From: Chrysomallon squamiferum
Taxonomy: Eukaryota; Animalia; Mollusca
Reading direction: 5' to 3'
Length of the DNA: 64,000 nucleotides
Assembly: GCA_012295275.1 (NCBI GenBank)
Contig: CM022671.1
Location: forward strand, 33,108,001 to 33,172,000
The translations under genes were made by a program, and so were the position numbers. The number at the start of each line of letters is the position of its first letter. Within the stretch, counting starts at the first letter, position 1. Below the pieces are notes generated by a model that saw only the letters and a list, made by a program, of their open reading frames with translations, had not been told where the DNA came from and ran no database searches. Positions 14,856-28,485 of the stretch are shown one piece after another.

Positions 14856-16229
14856 CTCTCAGATTTGTATTGTAAAAGATATACTTTAATAATCTGCTGC
14901 TATGTAAAAATATGAAGTACTAACTGCCACTGTGCACTGTACAGCACTGTTGACAATTTTACACGTTTGACAAGTGGAGTTGTAGATAACAACAACGCTC
15001 TCCTCACTGTACACAACGCCGTTGTTGGACACAGAAACAAGGTAAGCAAGAGGATCATCCACTGCTGGGGCTCCAAGTACTGATCTCTTGTTTCGAAGAA
15101 CTGGGAAGCCACAGTTGATTTGGAAAATATTTTCTACATGAGCAGTTACAGAGTGTGTGTTGGAAACGCATCAGAAACTTCATCCTCCTTTTCCTGTGGT
15201 AAACAAAAGGTTTTTAATTGTTTTGTACGAATGCACCAATAATTTGATCTATATTTAAACTATACCTGATTTAAAAAAAAAAAAATACTGAAAATATAAT
15301 TCTTAGACTGATAAATGACAAAATTATTATATGAAAACTTTCCACTTTTCTGACAAACACTGATCACAATATGTGCATTACCTTGCAATAATTCAAACAA
15401 AGTGAGCATTAAAGATAGAAACCTTAACACCTCAAAATCTGCAAACAGCACTAGGATTGTCAACAAAAGTCTCTCCAAACAAAATTATTTCAGTGCAGGA
15501 GTCTTCATTGAGATCACAAAGACCTCCAAAATCTACTTCACTTATCACTGGAGGAGACAACAGATCAACAGAACAATCTGGTCCTGAGAAGTTTTCATTA
15601 CACTTACAAGAGCCTGTTGTAGAAAAAACAGCAACACAAAAAAAAAAACAAGTTATAATACCCAAGCAGATAGAAAAATAAATAGATTTAATGCTATTTT
15701 TAATCAAAGTTTCAATCTATAAAACACACACACTCACACACACATATCCATAATTTGAAAAACACTAACACTTGGTTACTGTGACAACATTCATAAAATA
15801 CCTTTCATTTAAAAAACTGAATAAAAATATATTGAAATATTGATGCACTTTTATTTATCTGCTTGGATAAAACAAATAAATATAATGTATAAATTCTACC
15901 ATTGATACAGACTCCATGTCCAGAACAACCACTTGGACAGGTGACTTTGAAAACTTTGTCAAGCAGTGATTTCCCATCTTCTTCTTTCTGCTGGTAAGTG
16001 GAGTTCATGACCACCATTTCCCGAGTAAATGTTTCAATAGCATCAACAGCAGCATAGACAAAAGTGGTGTTACCAGTTGCCTTAAAATAAAATATGTAAA
16101 CAATTAATAATATAAATCTAGAAAAATACCACTGTTAATTTTCAGTAGAAAATCAGTTTGTCAGCCTTCTAATTTTAATAACAATCGTAAGTTTAAAACA
16201 GTCTGAAATATATATTACTAGTAGTTGAT

Positions 16230-16520
16230 AGGAGACTTATTTCCAGCTCCATAATTATCATATATAATGATTTGTACTAGACCAATACAGACTTACCCAA
16301 ATAACAAGGTTGTATCAGATAATTTTTTTTTTTTAAAAGCCACCTGGATGTCAAACACTATCCTAGTTAGTAAAACAGACTTATTCAGATGTCAAGGTTT
16401 GTATTAGTTACTAAAAAAACATAGACTAACTCAGCTGCCAAAGTCTGTACTAACAAACACTTATACAGATTTCATAATGTGTACCAGCTACTAACACACA
16501 CAGACTTACCCAGATGTCAA
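16230..16520. repeat. Degenerate ~40-bp tandem repeats of the exon-13 donor region
   Basis: Several decayed copies of CAGACTTACCCAGATGTCAA (reverse complement of the exon end plus GTAAGT). A homologous array lies at ~46070-46280. Confidence 0.55.
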
Positions 16521-17251
16521 ATACACAGTCTCTAATGCTGTTGATGACATTAACCTCTGGGATGTTTTTAGACAGTTGTACAGAAGGAAGAGAATTCAAG
16601 TGTTTTTCACAGTATTCAGTTGCAGACTCATTGGTCCATCCATTTAGCCAAGCCTCTGCCTCCTGTTAAGTACAGTTATAATAATATAGAAAAATAAACC
16701 AAAACATCTTTAATACATAATTATTATAATAATAATTATATTATAGAAAATTAATGATATACAAACAAAACAATTCTGAATGCTGTATAAGTTATAAATA
16801 TTAATTTTATTATTGGAGTTTTTGTGCATCTACTACTGTATTTAAATGATATAAATAAAATTAAAGGATATGCACATATAAACATCTTACTTTATTAATA
16901 TTATTATTACTGATATGTATGTACACTTGAGTTCTCCATGTCTATTAGTGTTGCACTGTTACTGAACTTTATATACTTGCCCTCTTTTCCACTGTCAATG
17001 AATTTAGGTCTGGAGTATATTTTGGTCTCCTGGCTGATCTTTTCTTTATGGCATGAACATTACATCGTTTTTGATGTGGTACAACTACATTAATCGGCTG
17101 ATCTTCTCTGCAGTTTGTTACTTCCTGCTTTGGAGTACAAAGAATTTCTGTACATGGTGGATTTTTACAGTTTCTGCAGTTGCAGTATGATTTAGCCTGA
17201 TCCCAGTTCTCCAACTGTCCATAGTTGTCAGATTCAAACAGGTTGTTTTCA

Positions 17252-17825
17252 CTGTCCACTCTACAATACACAAAATTTCAACATTGCTTTAACTGTCCAC
17301 TCTACAATACACAAATGTTCAACACTGCTTTAACTGTCCACTCTACAATACACAAAATTTCAACACTGCTTTAACTGTCCACTCTACAAAACACAAAACT
17401 TCAACACTGCTTTAACTGTCCACTCTACAAGACACAAAATTTCAACACTGCTTTAACTGTCCACTCTACAAAACACAAAACTTCAACACTGCTTTAACTG
17501 TCCACTCTACAAGACACAAGTATTCAACACTGCTTTAACTGTCCACTCTACAATACACAAGTATTCAACATTGCTTTGACTGTCCACTCTACAATACACA
17601 AGTATTCAACACTGCTTTCACTTTCCACTCTACAATACACAAAACTTCAACACTGCTTTAACTGTCCACTCTACAATACACAAATGTTCAACACAGCTTT
17701 AACTGTCCACTCTACAAGACACAAGTGTTCAACATTGCTTTAACTGTCCAATCTACAAGACACAAATGTTCAACATTGCGTTAACTTTCCACTCTACTAT
17801 GCATAAGTGTTCAGTATTGCTTTAA
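17252..17825. repeat. 41-bp minisatellite, 14 units, built from the exon-12 splice acceptor
   Basis: Unit CTGTCCACTCTACAA(T/G/A)ACACAA..TTCAACA(C/T)TGCTTTAA starts at 17252, 17293, 17334 ... 17826. On the minus strand each unit reads ...ttgtag|agtggacag. Confidence 0.93.
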
Positions 17826-18772
17826 CTGTCTGCTATACAAAACTCTAGTATTCTTTTCATCTATTACAAGTATTCAGTATTATAAAAAGTTTTTGAAGAT
17901 GGACTGATGCAGACATTTAACTTTTTAACATACCATTTCATATATAAAAATGTAAAAAGAAAGAAAGAAAGAGAAAATAAGAAATATAAAGATTCCTGAA
18001 AATGAAAATATAGCAGCAACTTGGCAATAATTTATAAGGTTTCTTTTATTATTTAATTCTTCAAACAAAAATGTGATGAAAATATGAGAAGTGTCATCCT
18101 CTACGTTTCCTGTGTACTTGTTATTTTATAGCTATATTTTATTAATATTAAAAACAGAAACAATCCCTAAGAGAAATGTATCGGTATCTTGGGTAAAAAA
18201 GATCATATTCTACCTAACAATTTATGCATCCTTATAAATGTATTCTTTAAGACATTTTCAAGAATAGCAAACTTCAGTCAGAGAACAACAACAAATGATA
18301 ATTTCCAAAATCTACAATAAAACTTATGTTTATATGTCACACGTCAGTAATAATCAGTCAAACACAATCGTACAATCTCTAATGATTCACACACATTATA
18401 TAATACACCAGCATTCATTTTCAACATGATCTGTGATTATTAACAATATAAAGAAAAGATTTATTTTTATAATGATGCAATAGAATAGCAACACTACTGT
18501 GATTATACCTCCATGAGTTGGAAAATTCATGACCCCAGGTTGACTGTGTTTCATCTCTTAATACAAAATCATCATCTGTTCTATTGGAAAATTTGCCACA
18601 AAGTCCTCAACTGTTTTCAATGTCATGAACTGATGGGCTTATATAGACGTTGAAAAATTTGCTCAAATGAAAATGTACAAGTGTTCCAGTGGGAATCAAA
18701 ACCTGTTAAACAAAAATATTTTTATTTTATTTTACTGAAAACAACTATAGAGACATTATTATTATTATTATT

Positions 18773-18807
<35 letters not shown>

Positions 18808-19280
18808 CAGTTATTATTACTATTATGATTACAATTATTATTATTATTGTTGTTGTTGTTGTTGTTGTTGTTATTATTATTACCAGCAATAAATGCTTTA
18901 ATAAACTTTTGTAATCAGATTATGTACTTGTAAATGTATTTCTAAAAAAGACATTTGATTTATTTTCATGTAATTGTTTTATTTTAGATACCTGCTTCTG
19001 CTAGTAATAAAGTATTGCTATATAATAATAAGACTAAATATTATTATGTTAGAAACCATTTTCATTTCACATTCAACTCAAAATAAAAATTCTAAATAAA
19101 TTATTATAGCTGCCACATCATTACTCTCTAAAAGATAATTACTATATTTTATTGTCATGCATTATTTTGTATTACCAAGCATAATGTCCAGATCTACATA
19201 ATGAATGTATGCAGCATTCCATTTTTAGCAGATTAAATATTTTTAATAATAATGATGATGATGATATTATAATAATAATA

Positions 19281-19315
<35 letters not shown>

Positions 19316-21739
19316 AATAATAATAACAACAATAACAACAATATATTGTTATTATTATTATTATTATTACTTGATAATCTGCATCATTTTTCTTCCTGAC
19401 ATCCAAGACATCATCAACATCATCACACAGAGTGAATTCCAGTCTTCTGTGACCATGACATCATTGAACCACAAACACAGATTTTCCTGCTCGTATAGCA
19501 ATACCACACACGCAGAAAGCACGGTTATTGTTACAAGGTGTGGTTTCTATCTGCACCTGTAAAGTGTTAAGCAGTTAGTGAAATTCTAAAGTCACCATCG
19601 GTAAATGTCAACAAAGAAATATTAATTTATTAACATTTGTTTATGAGACTTTATTTTTTAATTTATTTATTTAAATTATGTCAAGTGTTAAAAGAAATAT
19701 GGATTTATTAATGGATTTATTAATGTTTGTTTGTGAGACTTTATTTTTTAATTAATAAATCAATTTTTGTTTATGATTAAAACATATATAACTGACTTTT
19801 TAATTAGGAATATGTACAGTAGATAATAACACTTCTTAGATATTTCAGTAAAGTTTTCTTACAAGATCATCAGATCAATACTTGATATTTTAATTATTTT
19901 TTTAATCTCATTATATCAACTTCTGATTACAGATCAGCTTTTATAACAACATTTTTCAGTGCATATTTGTAGTAATACTGAGATATCTCACAGTATTTGG
20001 TTAACAAATCCATGATAATTAACTATGACCAAACAATCACTTGTAAGCAAACAGAATATTTCTTCTCATATTGAAATTAAATACAATTTTATGAATGTCT
20101 TCTGCTGGTTGTATGTTTGTCATTGTCTATAAATGAATTTTCTTTACCTCAGCTTGGTGTTTTATGTTGAAATAGAGAGTGAAATTTCCCATGTACTGGT
20201 GTTCATAATATCTGAAAATTAAAAAATACTGTGAAAATATAAAAATAAAAAAGATTAAAAATATTTTTTTAAATTTATTCATAATATTTACAGTATTAAA
20301 ATACTACTTTTATTTTGGCATTCTTATGAAATGAATCTTTTAAACTCTCCACTTCCATTTATTTCTTTATAACAGTCTTTGCTGATTCAAAAATGTCAAA
20401 TGAAAATAGCAACCCACAAAGAAAGATTATGTTTGTCCTCTTATCTTTAGTGACATCAGAAAAACACCTATGTTTATTATATTGAAATATTTTATTGTTA
20501 ACAAGGGTTGCCTCTCATACATTAAAAACAACTATTTGGATAGTATAATAAAAAAATTACCCAGTGTAAATTGTAAACTTATAAATTTATTAATTTTTAC
20601 CTAATATGAACTTCATTAAAATAATATCTTTATTTACTTTCACTGAGTTCTCATACAGTAACAAAAATATACACTAAAATGTGTAACTAATTGACTTTGG
20701 TTAAGATTAATTTAGGGACCATTAATTTGTGATATTACTGTAAATGAAATCTGTTGGTAATAAAGTAAATATTATGCACAGAAATAATAAGAAGAAGAAG
20801 AAAAAGAAGAAAAAAGAAGAAAAAGAAGAATATTAACTGTCAGAATTATTTGTTGTAACATTTATGTACTTACATGCCATCAAATGTCAACATATGTGTA
20901 CCACTGACTGCATGGCATATTTTCCCTTCTAACATCCATGTGTCCTTGTGGGTTTCAACCTAAAACATTTAAAATATATCTTTACTGTAACTACGATATA
21001 ACTTTTGTACATTTCCAAGTGATATTTATTTCTCAACAACAATCTTTGATAATAACAAAATATAACTATACTGTAACAAATTCAAGAGATGCATATTTTT
21101 TTTCTCTTTTTCTTTGATGTTATTTTGTTACACAGAAATGTAAAAATCAAAATCTGATAAACAAAGAATTTTTTACTGATATACTTTTATTGTTGAGTTT
21201 GTTTACTTTTGCATTTTTTTACATTTTTATGAAAACATGAAATGATGCATTAAAATAAAAAAATAATAATAAATTTAAAAAAAATTATAAAGCATATTTA
21301 AAATAAAAAAATATAATTAAAAAAAAATAGAAACTATCAAAAAATAAAAGGTGTCCAAGGTTTCTTAGTTTACTGCTGTATTTCAGATTTAACAGAGATT
21401 TTTAATGTGTAACAAAAAACAGTAACATGGATATGTAACATAACCAAGACTATTAATTCATACTGTGATCATTTGCACAGAACAAAACACTGAGTTGGAA
21501 ATGTATAACAGTAATTTGGCTATGTGTTCAGAAAATATATTACAGAATCAAGATACCTTACCACAAATCAAAGGTTTTTGGAATATCAGGAATGGGTTTT
21601 CTTTTCTAGTCATAATATTTACAGTGTACAGTTATGTGAACAGAACTAGACTGATATTGAGTATTTCATTTAAAATCACATTAAATAGTTGCTGTAAGAG
21701 AGAAAGAACTGAAAAAGAAATAATGATGATAATACAAAC

Positions 21740-21832
21740 CAAGTTCTTACAGGGACATAATCCAATTGGACAAAACACACTGAATTCACTAGCTTAACAA
21801 AAAAACCTGGAAGATGTTATCCTCAAACCCTG
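21740..21832. mobile_element. Small decayed MITE-like remnant shared by both duplicates
   Basis: GGACATAATCCAATTGGACAAAACAC ... GATGTTATCCT motif; an orthologous remnant lies at ~50420-50540. Confidence 0.35.
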
Positions 21833-22795
21833 AGCCATCCTATTGTTTAAAAAAAATACTAACCAACAGTTATCCTTTGATAAGTTTTAAATAATAATAC
21901 CAATAAAAAAACAAAAATTGAAAATTAAAATTTTAAAAAAATGAAAGGAAAAAGTAATATTAGAAATACATTTTCAAAGAATAATTAAAAAGTATTGCAT
22001 CATACTGTAACACTTCCGAATGAATTATAGTTGGACCAGATCTTGTGTTGTAGAAATGTTCCTGTTCCAAGTTTTAATGTCATTGTTGATGTGGTTCTTT
22101 CAGTTGACTTCACATTATTTTTCATCCTGACAGTGAAATTGTATATTTTCTCCCAATCTCTGCTGTTCACGTTTTGTATACATTTAGATATTTTGAGAGT
22201 TTCTCCTTCACATACATTAATCTGAGTATTTTCTAGAAGAGTCACTCCCAGTGAGCATGGTCTGTTATGAAAACAACCAAAAGGGGCAGTCAGTTGGAAC
22301 TTGACCTCACCAGTATCACCAGGTTTCAAACTTATTCTTGTTGTTAGAAGCTGGAAATAAAAAATTGTATCAAACTGTTTTCCTGAATAATATAAGGAAA
22401 TGTAAATTCATATATTTATCATTTATAATAAACTATTTATCACATGTGAAATAATTATCAATTTTAAAAAAATATTTTGCAGTTATTTCTAAATAAACAA
22501 GATTAAGAAATAATTAAACAGTCAAACTGCATGTTATTTTTGTGTCTACTTACCTTTATTCCTACATAGCGAGACTTGCTCAGTCAGTTTACTGCCTGCA
22601 GAGTCTTCTTTGTAGCTTGCTCTCACACAACAACTTACCTGAAAACATATTAAAATATACAAAATAAATACATTATAAATACATTACATAAAAACATATC
22701 AATTCACTCATATATACTCATTGTTTATAACAGAATATTTGAATTTTACATTAATACATATAAATTATGATTTCAACCATACACTGAGTTACATT

Positions 22796-22846
<51 letters not shown>

Positions 22847-24339
22847 GCAACACATAAATGTACATGTAACATATATAATTATGCAGAAATAAACAACATA
22901 ACATGTTAAATGCACATATCCATACACACAGAACATACCAAGACATAACATTATCATCATCATTATTATAGCAAGTTAGTTAAACAGTAAGTACAAATGA
23001 TTCAAAGCAGCAAATGAATTATATACAAAAATGGTGATGATGATAATGATGGTAACAATAAAAATGTTGGAATAATACAAACATTATGATATGTATTATA
23101 ATAATAATCATCATCATCATCATAATTATTATTATTGTTATTATTAATATTATTATAATATAAATATTTAGCAGTGTAATAAATTCTGCTATCATTATTA
23201 AACAAAACAAAATGAACCAAAATACCAACACAAAAAAACACCACAAAAATCAAAACCAAACAACAATACAGAAATAGTTTATATATTACTCACATAAAAA
23301 CCAACCCTGGTTATGCCATTTTCAGTCAGATTTCTCTCATCTAATTTGTTATTCTGATCATGGTTCTGTCAGAGATATGATTTAGAAATGGAGAAGAATT
23401 TGTTATCAATATACCAATAAATCTTGTAGAACAGATTTTCAGGAGATTTTTCAAAGTTACAGGAAAAACTGAATTTTGGAAGTATTCCATCTTTAACCAA
23501 ATCCAAAGCAATGGTAGGTATGCTGGAGAACTCAGGAACTATATAATCAAAAACGATACTATGAATAGTAATAATAAGAACAAAAACAAGAGAAATAATT
23601 GAATATGCAGCATTTATTAAGTTTAAAGAGCATGAAAAATAGCTTTATATATTTCAGCATGATTTTGGTTTTTTACTGTTATTTTAATATGATTTATCTG
23701 CAGAAGAAAAATGCATACATAACTTCTATATACATTCAGATGATCTTTTATTCACTGATACCAACATTTGGATTAAAATTAAAAACAATGAAGCATGACT
23801 ACATTTCTGCTTAATCTCAGGCTGTTTTTTCTACTGGTCCTTCTCATTAGCATAGGTTAATGGTAGAAACAAATGAAACAGTACATTAATTTTATTTACA
23901 ATAAGAACATTTTAATGGCTACTAGAATTTGAAAATACTATTACTTTCAACTCAAAATACAAATCTTTCACTAGAATGATAATACATAGCAAAAATGTTA
24001 CAACTTACCTTTGGCTGCTGAACCTACAAAATAAAATCATTTGGGTACAGAATATGTAAACAGTGAATGCCTGATTAGTAGGTGAAATCAGTGTCATTAA
24101 TTCAATAGTTAAATAAAATGTTTCAAAGCAGAATAATTAATTCACATTACTGAACCTAACAAATCTAATCCATCTATCTATCTAACTATTTATTTATTTA
24201 TTTATTATCATTATAATCATTATTATAAATGTGTTTGTTTTTATGCTTACTCAGATAATAGCCAGAATATGATGGAGTTTGTTTGAGATAGTCCACTTTG
24301 GGTGTTTTTATAGTTTGTGGCTTGCATACAAAACAGATT

Positions 24340-24725
24340 GTATATATATTTGTAAGTGTGTGCTTGTAAATATGATAGTGTGAGTCTGTGTGTGTGTGTG
24401 TGTTTAAAAGTCACTCATGATATTTATTAGACAGTAATCTTTAAAATAAAGAAAATATTTGAGTAATATGTAAATTGTTCTTAGGCAAACCCTGTGGAAA
24501 CTATTCTCCATTTCCTAATAATGAAAGATGTTATGTCAATTATGAAGTGGGAGAATCAGATTCACCAATTAATGATCGATATATCACTGAAGGATAGTAT
24601 GGAAGTAACTTAGAAATAGCATCAGCTCCCCTGAGTCCTTACAAGTGTGGGACATTTTTTTCCATATGTGCAAGAAAAAAAAGTACTATTCAACCAAACT
24701 ATGATGCATCTTTCAGAGGCATGAA
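24340..24725 (+). pseudogene. Inverted exon 2 of VWDE-like copy A
   Basis: The + strand reads ttag|GKPCGNYSPFPNNERCYVNYEVGESDSPINDRYITEG*YGSNLEIASAPLSPYKCGTFF, homologous to minus-strand exon 54837-54643. It is flanked by inverted repeats at ~24390-24470 and ~24726-24790. Confidence 0.9.
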
Positions 24726-25374
24726 CAAATATTTTCTTTATTTTTAAAGATTACTGTCAAATATCATGTGTTGCCTTTAAACACACACACACGAATTATT
24801 CTGTATTTATGTATAATATATATATATATATTTATGTAGGCCTATATATGTATATTCCGTTTTTTATTTAGTTAATTATAATTTTATTAGGAATACAAGT
24901 GTAATTAAAGTAACAACTGTTTTGTCTATTGTTTGTCATTGTTTTAATTACAGAAATGATATTTCTGACTTATTTACCAGTTTCGGATTTGTACAGTATA
25001 ATAGTATTAACGGGGTGGACATAAATGCTTGGATTTTTGTTTGGTTGGTTTAATTTTTTTTTTTTATTTTTTTTTTTTTTTTTTTTTCTGTTAATTTATT
25101 ATTATTATTATTAATTATTTTAAATACAACCTTATACACATAATACAGCATATCGAATTGTAACGAGCTGCTACAAATACCTTGAACCTTGAAAAACATT
25201 AACGTGCTAATCAGAGCAAGCTGTTGTGAAGCACGTCTACGACAGGCACGCTTTCTGACAGGTCAGCGGGCATGTCTGTCGCAGAAAAGAGTTTTGGGTA
25301 AGGAAAGAGAGTGGGTTCTCGTTACGATTGCAGGACACATTCTAAAAATATAAGAAAAGGTACTTAAATAGCAT

Positions 25375-27890
25375 GGACCAACAGGAACGATAACTCGTAA
25401 CGGCACAAATTATGTCACTGAAAAAAGCCCCCAGACATTTAGCCGATTTAATGGGTACAAAGAACCCCTAAATGTTCTTTTCTGCTGGGTTCGGATAAAG
25501 GGAACATTGACAATTACAAAAGTTAATACATTAATCTTCTTCCGCATTATAATTTCAGTTTATCATGCACGCATTTACATAAAAATAATCCAGTTTGAAA
25601 AGTTTGATTTAGATTGAAAAAGTAGTTAGAAAAGGCGCATGACATCATGGTTTGGTAATATGGACAACCATCCTTACCTTTATCAGTGTAAATCATAAAA
25701 AGTTCTGAAAAATGGAGGCAAAATAATTTAATTTGGAAGTTTAAAAATTTCCGCGAGCTCATGGAAACTTCCTATGGAAATCGAAGATGGCAGCGTCGAA
25801 CGCCGAACAGTGTTTACAAACTTTTCATAATGCAGTCAATTCTACATGGTTTATTAAAAGTAATTTGATAAAATATGTCATTTAATTAATGCCTCGTATA
25901 CATAGATGTTTATTGTTGAGTACATAGATGTCTGTTATTAAGTTGAAATCGCTGCAAAGGTGGAAACCTTTTTCTTTCTTTTTGTTTTTTGTAACTGTTA
26001 TGTCATACCATCTCGTACACGTTTCGTATTATATATATTTTTTTCAGATATTATTACAACTTCGCCAGCCCAAAATTAATAAAATAAATGAAATAATAAT
26101 AAAATAAAATAAAATTAAAATGTTCACGGACACTGGCGCATGATATATATATATATATTTCCATTTTTAATACGTTGGATGTCGTATTTACATGCAAAAA
26201 ACAAACTGGTCACGTGTTATTTGAATGATTGCCTTGATAAATTCATTATAACGCTTGAATCAGTTTTACAACAGAAAATTTAAAGAAAAAATTGAAGGGC
26301 CGTCAACCGGCCTTATGAAAAAATAAATGATTAACTTTTCACTCATTTTCGTTAAAACAAAAAGCATTCAACTTCTAAAACATGTACTATTATGTATACA
26401 AACAATGTGTTTCTTATTTTTATTTTAAAAAAATCATTGGTCCATGCTACATTAAATGGCATAAGTAACCAACTTCCCTCTTATTAATAGAATTTGGCTT
26501 CTACGCATGCGTTTTGTAATTGATAGAACTTGGACGTTAATGTTGGACAGTATTCGGTTTGGTGAGTAGAATATTTATCAAATTATTCATTTTTTTATTT
26601 ATAGAAAACTGAAATGCACGACCCGTAAAATGTAAACTGATTTATTAATACTATATTGTTAATGCTTCTAAATATAGACATACACCCCAAATTATTAGCA
26701 TAATCAGAAAAAAAAAAATTAATAATAATAATAATTAATAAATAAATAATAAACTGAAGAAGAAGATTTCTGATTGATTGGATTCGACGATTCGGACCAG
26801 GAACCTTACTGATACAGTGCTGTAAGCTGTAGCTGTTTGATTGTTACTCTGATTGCCAGTTCACAACACTGAATATGTAAAACCTATAATAAATTTTAGG
26901 CTGGACCAACAGGAACGATAACTCATAACGGCACAAATTACGTCACCGAAAAAATGCCACCAGAATTTAATTGAATGTTCTTTTCTGTTTGGTTCTGACA
27001 CGGAGCATATTGCCAATTAGAAAAGTTAATACATTAATATTATGCCGAATTATATTTTTAGTTTATTATGCACGCATTCGCACAAAAATAATCCAGTTTG
27101 AAAAGTGATTAAGTTGAAAAAGTAGTTACGAAAGGCGCAGGACATCATGGTTTGGTAATATGAGCAACCATCCTTATCTTTATCAGTGTAAAATCATAAA
27201 AAGTTAAGAAAATATACGTAAAATAATTTAATTTGGAAGTTTAAAAACTTCCGTGAGCTCGTGAAACTTCCGATCGAAATCGAAAATGCCAGCGTCGAAC
27301 ACCGATCAGTGTTTACAAACTTTTCATAATGCAGTCAATTCTACATGGTTTATTAAAAGTTATTTGGGGAAATATGTCTTTAATCAATACCTCGTATACA
27401 CAGATGTCTATTATTGAGCAGAAATTGCTGCAAAGGTCGAAATTATTATTATTATTTTTTTTTTGATAACTTTGACGTCATATCATCTCGTACCCGTTTC
27501 GTACTTCTTTTCTTTTTTTTTCTTTTTTTCCAGATATTACGACGTAGCCAGCCAAAATAAAAATAATGAAATAAATAAATAAAAACATAATAATAATAAA
27601 ATAAAACATAATAAATATAAATAATGTTCACAGACACTGGCGCGTGAATATGAAGATGGCTATTCTCAATAGGTACCATAATGTGGACACGTTACTCTGC
27701 TAAAACAAAATAGCTGACAGTTCTGATTACGTAGTTGTAAAACGATCCTTGAAACCATTATAATGTGAGTTTTTTTAAAGTTTTTCTTTCAATAATATCA
27801 ATGCATTACAGGTGGTATTCACACGTAAAAATCAAACTGATCGCATGTTACTTGAGTGATTGCCTTGATAAATTCAATATAATGCTTGAT
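25375..27890. repeat. Two direct copies (~25375-26260 and ~26901-27890) of a ~0.9-kb element in intron 1 of copy A
   Basis: Both copies begin GGACCAACAGGAACGATAACTC.TAACGGCACAAATTA and share GACATCATGGTTTGGTAATATG and GCGTCGAAC..CAGTGTTTACAAACTTTTCATAATGCAG. Neither is present in copy B intron 1. Probably a non-autonomous DNA element. Confidence 0.8.
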
Positions 27891-28425
27891 ACCAGTTAAG
27901 AGAAAATTATATATAAGAAAAACAACAAACAAACAAACAAACAAAAAAAACTATAAAGGTCCGTCAGCCTGCTACTGTCTCAGTTACTACTTGGTTATAA
28001 AATCCAACCAATCAAGAATCGTCAACACTACTAAACACTATGTAAACACTACTATAATGCCACGGAAATATTTTGGTCTTTCGCGATGTTGTGGTTTATT
28101 TTTAATCAAAAGGTTATCTAGCAGTTTTGATGTATTATTATTAATTTAGTTCATAATGTTTGCCCTGATAGAATACAGTTAGAATAATTTAAATATCGGG
28201 GACTTTGTTTATACTGTGTGTGTGTGTGTGTGTGTCTCTTTGTATATATATATATATATATTAACAAATTTGAAGAAAATAAAACGATAAAATCACTTTA
28301 TGTTAAAAAAGTTCATGCTATAGTCTCTTTTTTTTTTTTTTTTTTTTGGTTACTTTGGTTCTTTATTTTATAACTATTATACGGTAGAGTATAGTTAGAC
28401 GATCCCCTTTTTTTTTTTTTTTTTT

Positions 28426-28485
<60 letters not shown>

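Noticed and set aside
17252-17825. Regularly spaced repeats resembling a CRISPR array
   Set aside because: The units are contiguous 41-mers with no unique spacers, derive from a splice acceptor, lie in a eukaryotic intron, and there are no cas genes.
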